A DNA stretch of 124,000 nucleotides, taken from Wallemia ichthyophaga EXF-994. Taxonomy: Eukaryota; Fungi; Basidiomycota. A program made the translations under genes and the position numbers. Below, one piece after another: positions 85,872 through 100,177 of this stretch (position 1 is the first letter of the stretch; each line of letters opens with the position of its first letter). Below the pieces are notes generated by a model. The model worked only from the letters and a program-made list of their open reading frames with translations. It did no database searches and had not been told where the DNA came from. The stretch lies in contig NW_008806285.1 of NCBI RefSeq assembly GCF_000400465.1, forward strand, positions 20,001 to 144,000, given 5' to 3'.

Positions 85872-88800
85872 ATGAGATCTCTAACGCAGTTCTCGGAATA
85901 TTCAAACCACTCAAATCACCACAATCCACTGCGCCAGATTTCTTACTGCCCAGATTTGGATGTTACATTCGGGTGCTGTGAGAAGAAGGCGGAATTCACG
86001 CTGATTGGTTGGAGCGATTTGGGTGTTTGCAAGGTGTGTATCCGTTGTCCCATCTTTTCCCCCGCTCAGCCATCTCCCAGCATCTCGCAACCATCTCCCA
86101 TAGTCCATCTCCGACTCCGACCACCACCGACTCCCAGCTTATCTCGCTCGCTTATCTCCCGGATGCCCAATCCGTCTGCATTCTATCTCGGTCTGGTGAT
86201 ATCTCGCTGATCCGATTGGCTGATTTCGATTTGCACCAAGACTTGGAATATCCCGTCGAACACATTGGCACTGTCGAGCCAGGCATCACAGCAGCAAGCT
86301 ATAGCCCTGACGAAGAGCTTCTCGTCATCGTCACTCTCAACGACGACCTCCTCCTCCTCACCGCGAATGGCTACTTTGATGTCCTCGCAGAGTTGCCGCT
86401 CAGATCCAGCGACTTTGGCCAAGATAAGAATGTGAACGTTGGGTGGGGTTCCAAATCCACGCAATTCCACGGCCGCGCTGGTAAACAAGCCGCGACTCTG
86501 CCAGGTGGTCCATCACTTGTAACATCAGAGCAGACAGAGCACACCGAGCACACCCTCGACTCTCAGCCTAGAGTGTCTTGGAGAGGCGACTCAGCCTTTT
86601 TTGCTGTATCTACCCTCGACCTCCTCGACAAAGAAAGCGGTGATGGGCAGGTAGAAGCGCGCGTGATACGGACCTATAGCCGCGCATCAGCCGAGTTGCA
86701 ATCTACCTCTGAATTCGCTCCTGGGCTACTGCATCCTCTAGCCTGGCGCAAGGGGCCTGGCGCTCCGACGATGGCGTCCGTGATGCGATATGGACAGTCT
86801 CCAGGCTGTGCCGAGGGCTATGAGCATCTTGATATTGTTTTCTTCGAGCGCAACGGCCTCAGACATGGCGAGTTTACCTTAAAGGGTATCGTGCAGGGTG
86901 CGTTGGAGGGAAAGAAAGATGTGCGCGTCAAGGAACTCGAGTGGTCCTGCGACGGAGTCGTCCTGGCGGTGTGGCTGTCCATCGATAACGAGGATGTCGT
87001 CCAGCTGTATAGCTCTGCCAACTGGTACTGGTATCTCAAGAGCGAGGTGCCTCTCCGCAGCGCTGGAAATACAAACAGTGTACAGGCGCTCTCCTTCTCC
87101 GACGAATCCCCTCTCAACCTTTCCATAATCCTCGCCGATTCCTACAGGAATTTGGAATGGTCATGGACAGTGTACAGCTCGCCCAACGATAGGCACGACC
87201 TCGGTTTGGTGGGAGTGGTTGATGGACATCACACCAAATTCACTCCACTCGGAATCGCCAATGTCCCACCACCTATGTCACTCTATCAGGTGCAAACAAA
87301 CGGCACACCCGTCCACGTGGCATTCGCACACTCGTCACTGGCCTTCCTCCTCCCAGGCGGCAGGGTAGAGGTGTGGCGGTACGAGCCTGCAAATGGCCAC
87401 GCTAGACCTACACACCAGAGCACTCACCAGACAGACGCACATGCGCGCCAGATCGCGTGGGTGGACGAGCACACGCTCGCTGTCGCCGGCGGTGAGCTGG
87501 GCGTGGTGGATGTGAGTGTGGATTCGAAGGAGGGTGTTTACACACGCACTAGTGTGCACAGCGAGGCAGTACCATTGCATCGGTCCCTACTCGTGCCTGG
87601 CCTGTCTGACACTGCTCTTTTGCAGGATGCAAATGCGCGTCTGCACACCCTTACCCTCACCCCCACCCCTACTCTCGCGGAACTAGATGTGGAGCTCGGA
87701 GTGTTCTGCCCGCACGTCAGCTACCACGGCGGCACAGAGCGCGTCGTCGCGCTATCCCCCACGGGCAAACTGTCTATGGGAAGTGTAGACGGTGTGCGAA
87801 TGACCCCACTCGCCACTAACGCCCTCTCGTACACACTCACGCCCGATTTCCTTATAGGCACCACGAGTGCGCACAAGGCCATATTCGTCGACTTGCACAG
87901 CGCGAGTGAGGCAGGCGGTGGTGTTGAGGAGAGGAGAGTAGAGAGAGGGTCGCGCGTAGTGTTAGCGTGTCCACGTGCAATGCGGCTCGTGTTGCAGATG
88001 CCTCGTGGCAATCTCGAGACTATCGCTCCGCGTCCGCTAGTCCTTCAGAACGTGCGGCGCGATGTTGAGGCGGGCCGGTATGGCGATGCGTTTGTGGCAT
88101 GTCGGAAACATCGTGTGGATATGAACATCCTCTTCGATTTGCAGCCTTCCCTCTTCTTCGACAGGCTTGCGGCGTTTGTGGACCAGATCAAGCACCAGGA
88201 TCACCTCAATCTCTTCCTGACGGCGTTGCGGGATGAGGACCTCACTCTGACGCAGTATGCGAAGCAGGAGCAGGAGCAGGAAAAGGGAGAAGTGGATGTG
88301 GGCGATAAGAGGTGGGTGGTATATCTTTCTTACATCTTGAAATAGATAGACTGACACAATATTATACAGCACACACGCACCCCACCGCCCTAACAAAGTG
88401 AACGAAATCTGCACGGCAGTGCGAGGAGAGCTGCTCAAGCGGGATTTAGTGGCGTACACGCAGACGATTATGACATCCTACGTCCGCATGACACCGCCAA
88501 ATGTCGAAGCTGCGCTCAATCTGCTGCACGAGCTGCAGAAGCAGAAGGTGAGGCGGGAGGTGGAGATGGAAGTGGAGCTGGGAGATAACTCTGGTGACAG
88601 CGTCCACGATAACTCAGACCTAACCGATCTGGTTGAGGAGGGAGTCAAGTATATAATCTTCCTCGTCGATTCGCGCACCTTATTCGACTGTGCACTTGGC
88701 ATGTATGACTTCGAACTAGTGTTGATGGTGGCGCAGCATTCTCAGCGCGATCCTAAGGAGTATCTTCCCTTCTTGCGCCATCTGCAGGGTATGGGTGAGG

Positions 88801-90047
88801 CTGAGCAGCGGTTCCACATCGATGACCACCTCGGCCGGCACGTGCGTGCAATGGGGCATGTGTACGCGCTATACAGGAGTATGAGCGATACAGACAACGA
88901 GAAAGAGAAAGAAGCGGCATTGTCGACATTCATCACGTACGCACAAGACCACTCGCTTTACAAAGAGGCGCTTTCGCTTAGCAAGGAGGATAGCACAGCG
89001 CATAGGGTGGTGCTGGAGGTATATGGGGACCATCTAACGACGCAAAACGAGTATCGGGATGCAGCCCTCGCGTATCGACTTGCTGACCTGCGCGAGAAGG
89101 CCTTGGGAGCTTATGACCGGGCACACGCGTGGCAGGAGTTGTTTGCGATGATGATGGAGTATGGTAGCACCTCAGACGAGCTCGCCGACGTTGCTTACCG
89201 TATTGCCGAAGATCTCAACCAGCGTCGTCGGTTTAGCGAAGCGGGTCGTGTGCTGTGCGATTATACAGACGATACACGTGCTGCCGCCGATCAGTATATC
89301 AAGGGTGGGGAGTATGCGGAGGCGGTGCGCGTGTGTGTGTTGAAGAAGCACTTGAACCTCATCAACACTTTCATCAAGCCATCTCTCATTAATGCGCACG
89401 AAACGGCCATGGACGAGGCGGAGGAGATGGACGGTCAACTCACCAAACAGATGGAGAGACTGGGCGAGTTGCGTATGGCGAAGAAAGCCCAGCCTGAGGC
89501 TTTCTACATGGAGGAACAGCTCGAGAACAACCCCGCATTGGATAATGTGGATGTGGCTTCGGATGCTACGACGGCAGTGACGCAATTCACGCGTTACACT
89601 CAACGAGCTTCGACATTTGCAAGCAGCGCGATGACGGGAGCTTCCAAGAAGAACAGCAAGAAGAGCAAGAGAAAGGCTGCGATGAAGGAAGCGAGTGGGA
89701 AGAGAGGGACAGTTAACGAGGAGGTGTACATCATGGCAAGTCTAAAGAGATTAGTTGAGCGTGTGGAGGGAGTGCTCAAAGAGGCAGGTGGATTGCTGGG
89801 ATATCTGTTGATTTACGGGTACGTAGAGGAGCACAGAACGCTAAAAGAAAGACTGGGGGATTTGGAGGAGAGGATAGAGGGAGCAGTGGGGGAGACTTGG
89901 AGGGAGAGTGCGGATGACACGGCTATTCCTAACAACATACCAGACACAGAGAGGATGGTGTGGGAGAGAGTGTCTAGCGAGTTGAGTAGAAAGTACACGC
90001 AGCCTAGTAAACCAGAGAATAAGAGAATAAATTGGAGAAGATTGTAA
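85872..90047 (+). CDS. ELP1: Elongator complex subunit 1
   Basis: SPDEELL; VGWGSKSTQFHG; SWRGD; LQMPRGNLETIAPR; SQRDPKEYLPFL; basic C-terminal segment; two introns. Confidence 0.95.
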
Positions 90048-90113
90048 ATAATTTTTAGATAGAAATTCACTGGGAATGCACACACTGAGGAAGGGTTAAG
90101 AAGACACCTCACA

Positions 90114-91850
90114 ATGAGCCTGAAAATACCAAAATCACAGGGAATAGACTTGTTTAAGCCAGGTGGCAAGCAGCTTTCTGGAATAGAAGATGCGGTAATT
90201 AGAAATATTCAGGCAGTCAATGAGCTATCAGAGATCGTTAGGACTTCATTTGGACCAAATGGTGGGGAGGTATGGGATATAATATACATAGGCTAATGCT
90301 ATACAGGAAAGAACAAGCTGATAATCAACCACCTCGACAGGCTATTCGTTACAAACGACGCAGCTACGATTGTCGAGGAATTGGAAGTTGTTCACCCAGC
90401 AGCGAAATTAATCGTGATGGCATCTCACCAGCAGGAGCAGGAGGTAATTGTACTGGTACATGACCTATATCACCCTAACACTCCTCAGGTCGGCGATGGA
90501 TCAAACCTGGTACTCATCTTAGCAGGTGAATTACTCAAGAAAGCTGAGAATTTATTGATAATGGGATTGCATCCTTCTGAGATTGTTCAGGGATACGAGT
90601 TGGCTAGAAATAAAGCACTTGAATCCCTCTCAGATCTCTCAAATGGAAACCTGGCTCTCCCACCCACAAAGCAATCCTTAGCAACCTCCATAAAGACTTC
90701 CCTTGGCTCGAAACAATTCGGTAACGAAGACTTCCTCGCTGATTTGGTCTCAGATGCTGTCTCAACCGTCATGCCCAAAGATTTCTCCCAATTCAATATC
90801 GATAACGTTAGAGTCGTTAAGATTATGGGCGGTAACCTCTACGAATCACGCGTTCTTAGAGGTATGGTCTTTGGTAGACAGCCAGAAGGCGTTGCACGCA
90901 ACGCAACCAAAGCAAAGGTCGCCGTTTTCACGTCAGGCATTGACATATCTCAAACCGAGACTAAGGGCACCGTTCTCCTCAAGAACGCTGATGAAATGAT
91001 GAACTTTACAAGAGGCGAAGAGCAACAAATTGAAAAGGTCTTGAAGGAAATCGCTGACTCTGGCGTCAAAGTTGTCGTTGCTGGCTCTCAAGTTGGTGAT
91101 CTCGCCTTACACTACTTGAACAGACTTGATATCGTCGTTATCAAGGTTCTCTCCAAATTTGAGCTCAGAAGACTATGTAGAGTCGTCGGTGCTACCCCAT
91201 TAGCTAGACTTGGCGCTCCTACCGCTGAAGAAGCTGGTTATGTTGATGTTTTGGAAACTACTGAAATCGGTGGGGATAGAGTTACCGTCTTTAGACAGGA
91301 CAATGATCAACTCACTCGCACTTCAACTATCGTCTTGCGTGGTGCTACTGCTAATCACCTCGACGATATTGAGAGGGCTATTGACGATGGTGTCAACATT
91401 ATCAAAACCTTACTCACTAAGGATAACAGATTCATTGCTGGTGCTGGTGGCTCTGAGATGGAATTATCCAAGATCATCGAAGATTTTGGTGATAAAACTC
91501 CCGGCCTCAACCAACACGCTATCAAGAAATTCGCTGAAGCACTCCAGATTGTTCCAATCACCTTGTCTGACAACGCAGGTCTCAACTCAACTGAAATTTT
91601 AGCCAAGCTTCTCTCGGCTCACTCAACAGATAAAGGTAGAGATTTTGGTATTGACATTGATGCTGTATCTGATGAAGGTATAATAAACACACTCCAACAC
91701 GGTATAAAGGACAGTTTGGCTTCCAAGTGGTGGTCAATCAAGTATGCCGTTGAATCTGCTATCGCTGTACTTAGAGTGGACAGTATCATCATGTCGAAAG
91801 CTGCTGGTTTGGCTCCACCTCAACAACAAGGACACTGGGATGATGATTAG
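90114..91850 (+). CDS. CCT8: Chaperonin CCT theta
   Basis: TSFGPNG; VTNDAATI; GDGSN; ERAIDDG; LRVDSIIMSK. Confidence 0.96.
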
Positions 91851-91902
91851 ATTATCAAAAAGTTTTATTGTGAATTCTTTAATAAATATTGTTTCTTTTA
91901 GT

Positions 91903-93105
91903 CTAAAAAGTACAATAAACCAAAGCGAATGTGAGTGTGGCCATAAGTGTGAAAGGTGATGAAACGTGGAGAGATAACCCGCCGCTGCTTGCCTTGTATG
92001 GCTCAGAAGTTGGATGGAATGATGCTTGTCCGAGTGATGTTGCATTGCCTTCACTCATTGTGTACTTCCAGCTCACATCGTCTGGTCCTACATTGGTTGG
92101 AGAGTCAGCGCACTTGATTGATACCGATTGAATCGTAGCCTTGAATGGACCTGATAGACATTTCATTAGCGAAGCAATCAGTTTGGAGAGTTACCTACCT
92201 TCATCCCAGTGAATAGCTCCACCGCCCCACTCATAGCTTCCCGGTGACACATCCTCAATCCCAGATGGCCAGACTGAAAATTGTAATCTCGAAGGTGAAG
92301 CTGGGTAGTGTGGCACCTTATCCCATCCCATAGTGTCAGCTTTATTGAGTGTTCGCACTACAACACCATCAATCTTCCACTCGAGTTTTTCTTCCGTCCA
92401 ATTTAAACCAAAGTCATGGAACCGCTCATCAGGATGAGGGAAGTCGTGAGTATCGCCCTTGGTGTAATCTGTTTCACCTTGGAAATAGTAATTGGACTGG
92501 CCTTCTCCAGTTTTTGCACCAACAAACTCCCAATCGATCTCATCATGAATGTCAGACATTAAGATCATAGTAGAAATAACGCCCTGGTTTCCTGTAACTT
92601 TCATTCTAGCGTTAAACTCTCCGTAAAGCATGTATCTTGTTGAGCTCAATTTCGTACCCTTATTATCCTCTGTCATTATCATTGTCAACATGTTATCTTC
92701 TCTAGCTATATCTCCTTTGTCGAGAGTGAAATCGTATTCATCTGCTTCTCCATGGTATTCATCTGGATTCTGCATAATACCCTTCCAAGCAAGTCTATCA
92801 AATGCGTTGATATTGAGATTCTTACACATGGGTACGTTCTCGCAAGCGTCTTGAGCAGATACGCGTGGATCACACCCAAAGCGACAGTGTGCATTAGTGT
92901 CACCGCAATGACCAAATTCTGTAGTGCGTTGCAATCAGCTAAAATACGCACAATCACAACACCCCCACTCACCTGAGCAACACGGTATATCAGTTGGACA
93001 GGTCAGACCTGTAGCTGCACTGCAACTACCACCATTGGCTGCTGCCGTCGTTGCTGCGAGTGCAAATAGAGCTCCTAATGAAAATGCGCGTTTAGCGTTG
93101 TACAT
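91903..93105 (-). CDS. GH16 Crh/Utr2-type chitin transglycosylase
   Basis: Signal peptide; chitin-binding Cys motif (PCCS|EFGHCG); catalytic DEIDWE; PASPSRLQFSVW; hydrophobic C-terminal tail. Confidence 0.9.
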
Positions 93106-93736
93106 ATTCCGCTTATGTCTGGTTGAGTTGATTTAATGAGCGTGGATTGTTTTGTTTGTGCAAGTAAACCCTTGATATATAGATATTATTCAAAAGCCTT
93201 TAGTCTGCCGCGTATGAGCCTATATTCATACCGAAGCTAATATTCGTGCACGGGCGTGCCGAGGTCATAGATGAACTGACTGCATTGGGTTGGTCATTAT
93301 TGCATCTCATTCAACTCTTTACTCCTCCTGCTTATGCCCACGGGAGTGATGGTCAATGTCAGGTCAAAGTCGCACAATCTCCACGCAAAGTGTCAAGTAC
93401 AAAGTTCTTTATTAGAATCACAAAATAACATATATTATAATTATAAAGTTTGTTTGTATATTGGGCTACAGAAGTCAACCCTACCGCACAGATTGCAGAC
93501 TGTTACATCTCACAATCCATAAGCAGCGGGTCCGGCTTTTCTCAGCTCATCTTTTATCTCTGACTGGACACATACCGATGCTCAATCAATTTGAGCTCAG
93601 TCGCAATTCTTTTCCTCAAGGGTGGATTTGCCGGTCTAAGTCATTTTTGTTTGAGAAGTAAATGTTGCGAATTTGTAGTACAAGTACACCGAAAAAATTT
93701 AATCCAAGTTCATTATTCCTTGCTTGGAGATCCAGT

Positions 93737-96700
93737 TCATGATTTCTTACTAAGAAGATCTTTGCCAACTCCCAGCGATCGCTTGCCTATGTTCGAAGCT
93801 AATGAGAGTACGCCCACAGAATCGTGAATCTCGCCATCTGATATATTCTCAGATGTCAGCGTCCAATCGTCATCGTTGTCATCAGTATCGTGATTTTCCA
93901 TGTTACTGTCGTCTTGTATGTCGTCGTGTTCTTTCGCTCTTGCTGTAACCACTGTCTGAGCGTAGTCCATATATCTGTATAAACATTTGATAGCTGTACC
94001 CTGAAGATTTATTAGCTAAAAAAATATACACCCAGGCGATATACCTACTACGCCATCTTCCTTTCTTATCTTCTCACCCACAGTCTTAGCATTCGCGATT
94101 TGCTTCTTGTCCGTGGTTGCATCCTTGAGAGCTTTAGACAGTGTGTCTACTGTAAGCTTGCGAACACTCGCGCCCAGATTCGCAGCCTCGACTCTATCAG
94201 CATTGAAGAACTGGTCACCAAAGAACGGCTTAATGACCGTTGGAAGTCCTGCTCTTAAACTGGCGCCTGTCGTACCACTACCGCCATGGTGTACAGCTGC
94301 ATCTATCAGCGGGAAAAGCTTGGCATGGTCGACTGTATTAATTGAGAAGATACATTTTGGTAGCTGAGGTTCTTCTTTCTTCTTGTCAGTGTGCATTCGA
94401 TCCGACCATCCTTTCGAAAGAATGGCATAGACGCCAGCGTTTTCAATAGCCTCCACTACAATTCTTGTCATCTCGTCCGGATCACTAACAACAATCGAGC
94501 CAAAACCAATATAGACTACCTTCTTACACAGTCTTCGACCTTCATCTACGAACTCGAGCATATCTTGGTGATCCTCCGATTCCAATCCCTTCCTGTTTTC
94601 TTCATTGTTTGTATTGAATGAGTCCATAAACCAGTAACCAGTGACATGGATCCACTCATTCCAATCAAGCGGCTTGGGTACTAGTGTTGGAGAGAAGCAG
94701 TACAAGAATGGAACCTTATGCTGTGCCAATCTTTGCAAATTCGTACCTTTCAGCCCCAGTGTCGATCTTCTCCATCTATTAATTTGTCCGGAGATAGCTC
94801 GCCAAAAGACCTGATCAAATATCGTGTAAGTCATCCAATTGTATGATCCACCCATTCGATGCTCGGGTACAGCGAACGCATGTGGATAAGCTCTTGTTCT
94901 TGTCCATGTCATAGTGAATGCTCTAAAGTATGGTATCTTGAGAGCTTCAGCTATGTGTATTCCAGCCATAGCTGACGGTGACTCAATCAGTACGTCTGTC
95001 TCCTGACAAGCCTCCCATGATCGTCTCAGTAGCTCGTCAAGCCAGTTTCTGAACTTGGATAGACCTTCCTTTAAAAATGCCAGCGTAAATGTACCATTCT
95101 CAACACAGATTTGCATAAGCTCGGCAGGATCTCCACCCACTTCCCTATGCTCAATACCAGATCCTTCGACCCATTCTTTGTATTCTCCATGCGTCGCTAT
95201 TCTGCATTCGTGTCCCTCTTTGATTAGTCCCTTGCACAACGCTATGTACGGTTGCACGTCACCTCTACTACCGATCGTGAGACATGTAATACGGAGCCGC
95301 TTAGTTGGCTGAAACGAGACTACAGATGTTGATGCTGATAAGCCATCTTCATCGGGCACAGGCGCCGTCTGTGATGGGCGTCTGTATGACAGCGAGAGAT
95401 CCTCGATGATTTGAGCTTCTTTAAGACCTTTTGAAGATTGAGTGTGTCGAAGAGCTGGATTCTTTACAAGCCTATCGAGCTGCGTGGAGAGTAGCTTCTC
95501 GCATGCGTCACGACGGTTAGCGGTGGTGAATTCAATGAAGAGTTCCTCGTGACCTGGACGTGATTAAGTATTCTGCTAACAAACGACAAAAGATTACTCA
95601 CGATGTATAATCATGATGAGACCATGGAACGAGAAACGAAGAGGTTTGTGAGGTTGAACAGCTTGTAAATCACTTAATGGTAATATCATCTAAAATATCT
95701 CAGTTTGTCAATTTTACTCCGTATCTGACCCACCTTTGTCTTGCCTAGCATCTGTAATGATCTAAAGCAGAGATAATTGTCCGTGATGTAAACTTTACCA
95801 GGCACAGGATACATTCTAAACAAGGCACAATTGAAATGACCAAGTATCCTTTCCTCGGATAAAGCAAAGAAAGCGTTGAATTTTTGCTGGATATCTTCCT
95901 CGGCTCGAAGCACATCCTCCGTGCCTTCGCTGTGCTCCAAAACAGAGAAATCGCTACCAACATCTTCAAACTCATCATCAGACTCAGCAGAATTACTTCT
96001 AGATCTCGACCTTTGAGCGCTCCTATTCGAAGGTTCTTCATATGTTTCGCATACTCTACTATTGGTTCTCATTAAAGTACCGCTGATAGCTGGATTAGGC
96101 AAAGGTCGCTGAGGTTGTTGGAGCTGTTGGGGCTGTTGAGGTTGTTGACGTTGCTTATTACTATTGCTATTAGCGTCATTGTTATTATTGTTATTTAGAA
96201 ATGGTAAATTCGGTAATTTAGGTAAGATGGTCGATAAGTGTGGGTGTGGAATCATGCGTGGAGCACTGTATACCGCTTTACCAACTTTCAAGCTACCAGA
96301 TTTGATCCATGAAGGAATTTCAGAGGTTAATGACCGACTTCTATCGCGGTTGCGGTTATGTGGCGGATAAGTATGATCGCTCTGTGCGCTAGACGCCGGT
96401 CTCGCTGTCATTTCAGATCCTTCAAGGACCTCTCCTTTCATCTTGGATGGAGATTCTGTCAAAGTCTCATTAGACAATATGCGATGGACATTCTGTCTAT
96501 ACGAATCTAATATCTGACGCAATGTGTTACTGGCAAATTGACTGTCTTTAAAGTGATCAAAGTAGTAGCAATCTGCACCATCCTCGTTATTTATGTAGCT
96601 GACCGCTACGCTATCAGCGAATTCCAGATTAGACGATCTTTCAACGTTGATTATGTGGTCATATGGAACGACAAGCTTGGACTTTGTTAGTGTTGAAGAG

Positions 96701-97922
96701 TGGAACCGCTATACCCACCTTGAATGATCCAGACTCGTTCTGTGATCTAAAGATACCCTTTCTAATCATCTTGACCCACTCATTTCTACCAACCTTGGAA
96801 TCAGCCACGAAGTTAAATTTGCGTTCAGAAGTGACGACAACGAATTCCCTATCACTATTCTTGACAGTGACGCTGCTGATAGCGTACCTGAGCGCTATGT
96901 TGCCGACTGGGAAATAAGGGTCCGTTTCGCTGCCGAACCAGCTCAATACGTCATTTTTCAGGGTAAGCCAGTATCTGATAACACGTCTCGTCCTGAGGGT
97001 GCGTTTACTGATTGGGCCATTTTTAACGAGACTATCCCTCGCAGGTGAGGGGACGTGTGCAAAGAAACACAAGAAGGAGTCTGTTGAATATAAGAAACCT
97101 TCTAGCAGTGGTCTGTAGCTTGATCCGAGGAGAGAGGATCTAAACTCTGCGTGAATTTCCTCTTCACCCTCCAAATTGAAGATCTCTGCCAGCTTCTTTG
97201 ACAATGTTCTGCGTCTCTGTGTGGACTTTTTCTTCAATGACTGTGATTTGCTCTTAAGTGCAGTGTCGTCGGAGCTATCAGAGCTATCAGAATCCTCTTT
97301 TTCAGATTCGTGAGGGGTACCTGTCACAGGTGTGGAAGTAGACGATTCAGCTTCTTGATGTTGTGTGTCGTTATGTACTGTGTTCAGTGAGGAGTAATGG
97401 TCTATTTGACGGAGTTAGACTGATTTTCATTTACAACGCCCGACTTACTTAGCACGCTATTGTTTTGTGCTTTATCCTCGAGTACCTCCTCATCATCATC
97501 GTCATTGCTATCATCATCAGCATGGCGGGCGAATGCCTGTATGACCTGTATGAGGGACTGTGTGCCCAAACGCATCTTTTTGCCATTAGAGATTGCCATA
97601 GTGCCAGTCGCCGTTAACTTACATTAGTATCACCACGCCAGCTTTTAGACGGCGTCAAAAAAGCCGAAGACGTTCCTTGCTGTGCTGAAAGTTCATTTGG
97701 GGAGGCTGTGGTATGTAATTAGCCCAACTTAATTATTCGCAGTATCCACACACTCGTTTGGAAGTATCCCTCGTTCTTGTCCTGCTCGTGGGGAACCTGG
97801 CGATCCTGACATTCCTGGTGATTGTGGCGTTCCTGATCCGTGCTAATGGACTGCGAATTGCTGGTTTCGGCCGTAGGCTGACTCATTTCTGCCGCCCCCT
97901 GCTTTTGCTCAGTTTCAGTCAT
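93737..97922 (-). CDS. ATG26: Sterol 3-beta-glucosyltransferase (PH/GRAM + GT1)
   Basis: PH and GRAM segments; LTIGSRGDVQPYIAL; HHGGSGTT; PFFGDQ; 5' exons assembled from 97922. Confidence 0.93.
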
Positions 97923-97972
97923 AGTATTGGGGAAACAAGGAAATGGATGGAAAACAAGTAGTTACAAATATG

Positions 97973-99157
97973 CTATAGACCCCCGAATATTTCGCGAAGC
98001 TTTCCCATTAGTGCGCTGGCTTTTCCATGCGGTCTCCTCGGCGACTGTTCTGGCGGAGTGTGATGATGATGATGGTGCGGTGATGGCGTCACAGCAGCTT
98101 CTCTCGCGCGCTGAAGCTCACTATCAAGCAGCAGCAAGCCTCTGCGAGTAGATGGTGGTGCTATTGCGTTATATGATTTGATCGCACCGTTCACGCGATC
98201 CAACAAAATCATGTGATACGATTGCTGACGCTGTTCCCAATCTCTATCGCGGGGTACGTACGTGGGTGTATGCGTAGGAGCATGGTCGCTTTTGCAGTCA
98301 TTTGCTGTTATGCGCCCAGTATACCTCCATCTCTTTGTGTACTCCTCACGCAGATAATTTCTCAATGACGTCACCTCGCCCTCCATCAACATCTGTAACT
98401 CGACGAACGCAGGCACAGCGCCCTGTCTACTGATAAGTCTATTCATGAGGAACTCCTCGCGATCAATGAAGGGGTTTCCTTCCGACACGCTCCCGAGCGG
98501 TTCACCTTTTCCTGGAAGATTGTTAAACTGACCTTGCCGCTGAGCGCGTTGAATCTGCACCTCCACAAGCGACTGCCATCCCTCTAGAGACTGAGGGCGA
98601 GGGCGGAACTGCGATTGTTGGTGCTCGTTGTTCTGTATGTCGTCGAGACTGCCCGTCAACGAGTAATCAATTGCGCCATCCCGCGCATTGACCAGACGAC
98701 GCTGTCTGTCTTTGGATTTCTTTGTATCACGAATCAACGCCTTTGTCTTGGAGTCGGGGTTAAGGGATTGTAATTTCTGGCGCGCCTGCGACTGGAGATT
98801 GCGGGCTCTGTAGATAGACGGCTGTTTACTGCGTGAAGCATGGGAGGGTTGCACGAACTCAGCATCCCACGGCATGAAGTTGGGGTCTGAAGGGATCAGG
98901 TTGTCTGTGGGGGATAGTGGCTGCTGTACGGTTTTGAGCTTTGAATCACCATAATGATCCTTTCTGCCGTCTCTGAGAGGTTTACGGGAGTCGATTAGCA
99001 TACGGAGTGTTGTGTGGTGTGGATGCTCGTCGCCATCCCAAGCATCTTCGGAGTGATTCGTGGGCGATAGATGTTTAGGCTGATCATTAACCTCCTTTAA
99101 AGCATCCCTGAACAACCGCCGTTTAGATTTATCGAGAAGGCTGAGCGAGTTTCGCAT
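97973..99157 (-). CDS. DUF1992 (DNAJC28-like conserved domain) protein
   Basis: WQSLVEVQIQRAQRQGQFNNLPGKGEPL; REEFLMNRLISRQGAVP; first ATG at 99157. Confidence 0.82.
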   Translation of the reverse strand: MRNSLSLLDKSKRRLFRDALKEVNDQPKHLSPTNHSEDAWDGDEHPHHTTLRMLIDSRKPLRDGRKDHYGDSKLKTVQQPLSPTDNLIPSDPNFMPWDAEFVQPSHASRSKQPSIYRARNLQSQARQKLQSLNPDSKTKALIRDTKKSKDRQRRLVNARDGAIDYSLTGSLDDIQNNEHQQSQFRPRPQSLEGWQSLVEVQIQRAQRQGQFNNLPGKGEPLGSVSEGNPFIDREEFLMNRLISRQGAVPAFVELQMLMEGEVTSLRNYLREEYTKRWRYTGRITANDCKSDHAPTHTPTYVPRDRDWEQRQQSYHMILLDRVNGAIKSYNAIAPPSTRRGLLLLDSELQRAREAAVTPSPHHHHHHTPPEQSPRRPHGKASALMGKLREIFGGL

Positions 99158-99268
99158 CTGAGTGAGTAATATAGCTGTTAGTGCGCTGCTATTCAAATAT
99201 TTTATAAAATAATCAAATTTATCCAAAGTATCCAGATTTCTGGAATTTATCTTTATCGGCTTCCTCAA

Positions 99269-100156
99269 ATGCCGTCATCACCTTTGCAAGTCGTCGGTGG
99301 ACACAAAGATACAATCGAACTAGACGAGGATGATATGCTGATAAAAACTACAAACCCAACTGAACTCGATTTCTACCAGTCTGTTAACATCGCTCACTCG
99401 ATCTACCACCACATTCCACACTTCTACGGCGCGTTGAAGCTCCACAGCGCACCCAACCCTCCCAGCGCTGAAGACGCGCCTAAAGAGGTGCGTCTGTTCC
99501 ACCTAAACACACACTCTCACTCCAATTCCAGGCTATTGTCCTCGAAAACCTCACAGATTACTTCAGCATACCCAACATATGCGATATCAAACTAGGCAAG
99601 GTGCTCTATGATGACCACGCCACCCCTGAGAAGCAGCAGCGCATGGAGCAGTCCTCCATCAACACCACCAGTCATGCCACTGGCATCCGCTTCACTGGCT
99701 TCAAGGTGCGTGTCTTCTCCCTGTCTTACCTCTCTAAAATCAAGACACTAGGTTTGGAATACTGCTAAGGAGGATTATGACGTCACCGATAAGGCGTACG
99801 GCAAATCTCTCACCCCTCAACAGCTCCCTGATGCTTTGAGGAGGTTCATACCCATACCACACTCCCTCACCATCAAACAACTCAAATTCGTCGTCTCCTC
99901 TATCCATTCTCAGCTCCTTTCTGTACGTGACGCCGTCTCTCTCATGCCCTTCCGCTCTATCAGCTCCTCTATCCTCATCGTTCATGAGGCCGACTCAGAC
100001 GACTTCCTCGAAGAACAGGCTGCCATGGTCAAACTCATTGACTTTGCTCATACCAGACTGACAGACGCTGACACGCCCGATATGAATATATTGGCTGGTA
100101 TCGACACATTGATTGACCTAGTGTACAATTATAAAGAATACATTAATCAGTTGTAG
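99269..100156 (+). CDS. Inositol polyphosphate multikinase (Ipk2/Arg82-like)
   Basis: VGGH; PNICDIKLG (PxxxDxKxG); SSSILIVHE; VKLIDFAH; two introns. Confidence 0.9.
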
Positions 100157-100177
100157 ACTATCTTGGTATTTGGTATA

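Noticed and set aside
99158-99268. ORF track implies the DUF1992 and IPMK genes abut with a 0-bp gap
   Set aside because: The 99268 start is TTG; the first ATG is at 99157, giving a 111-bp gap
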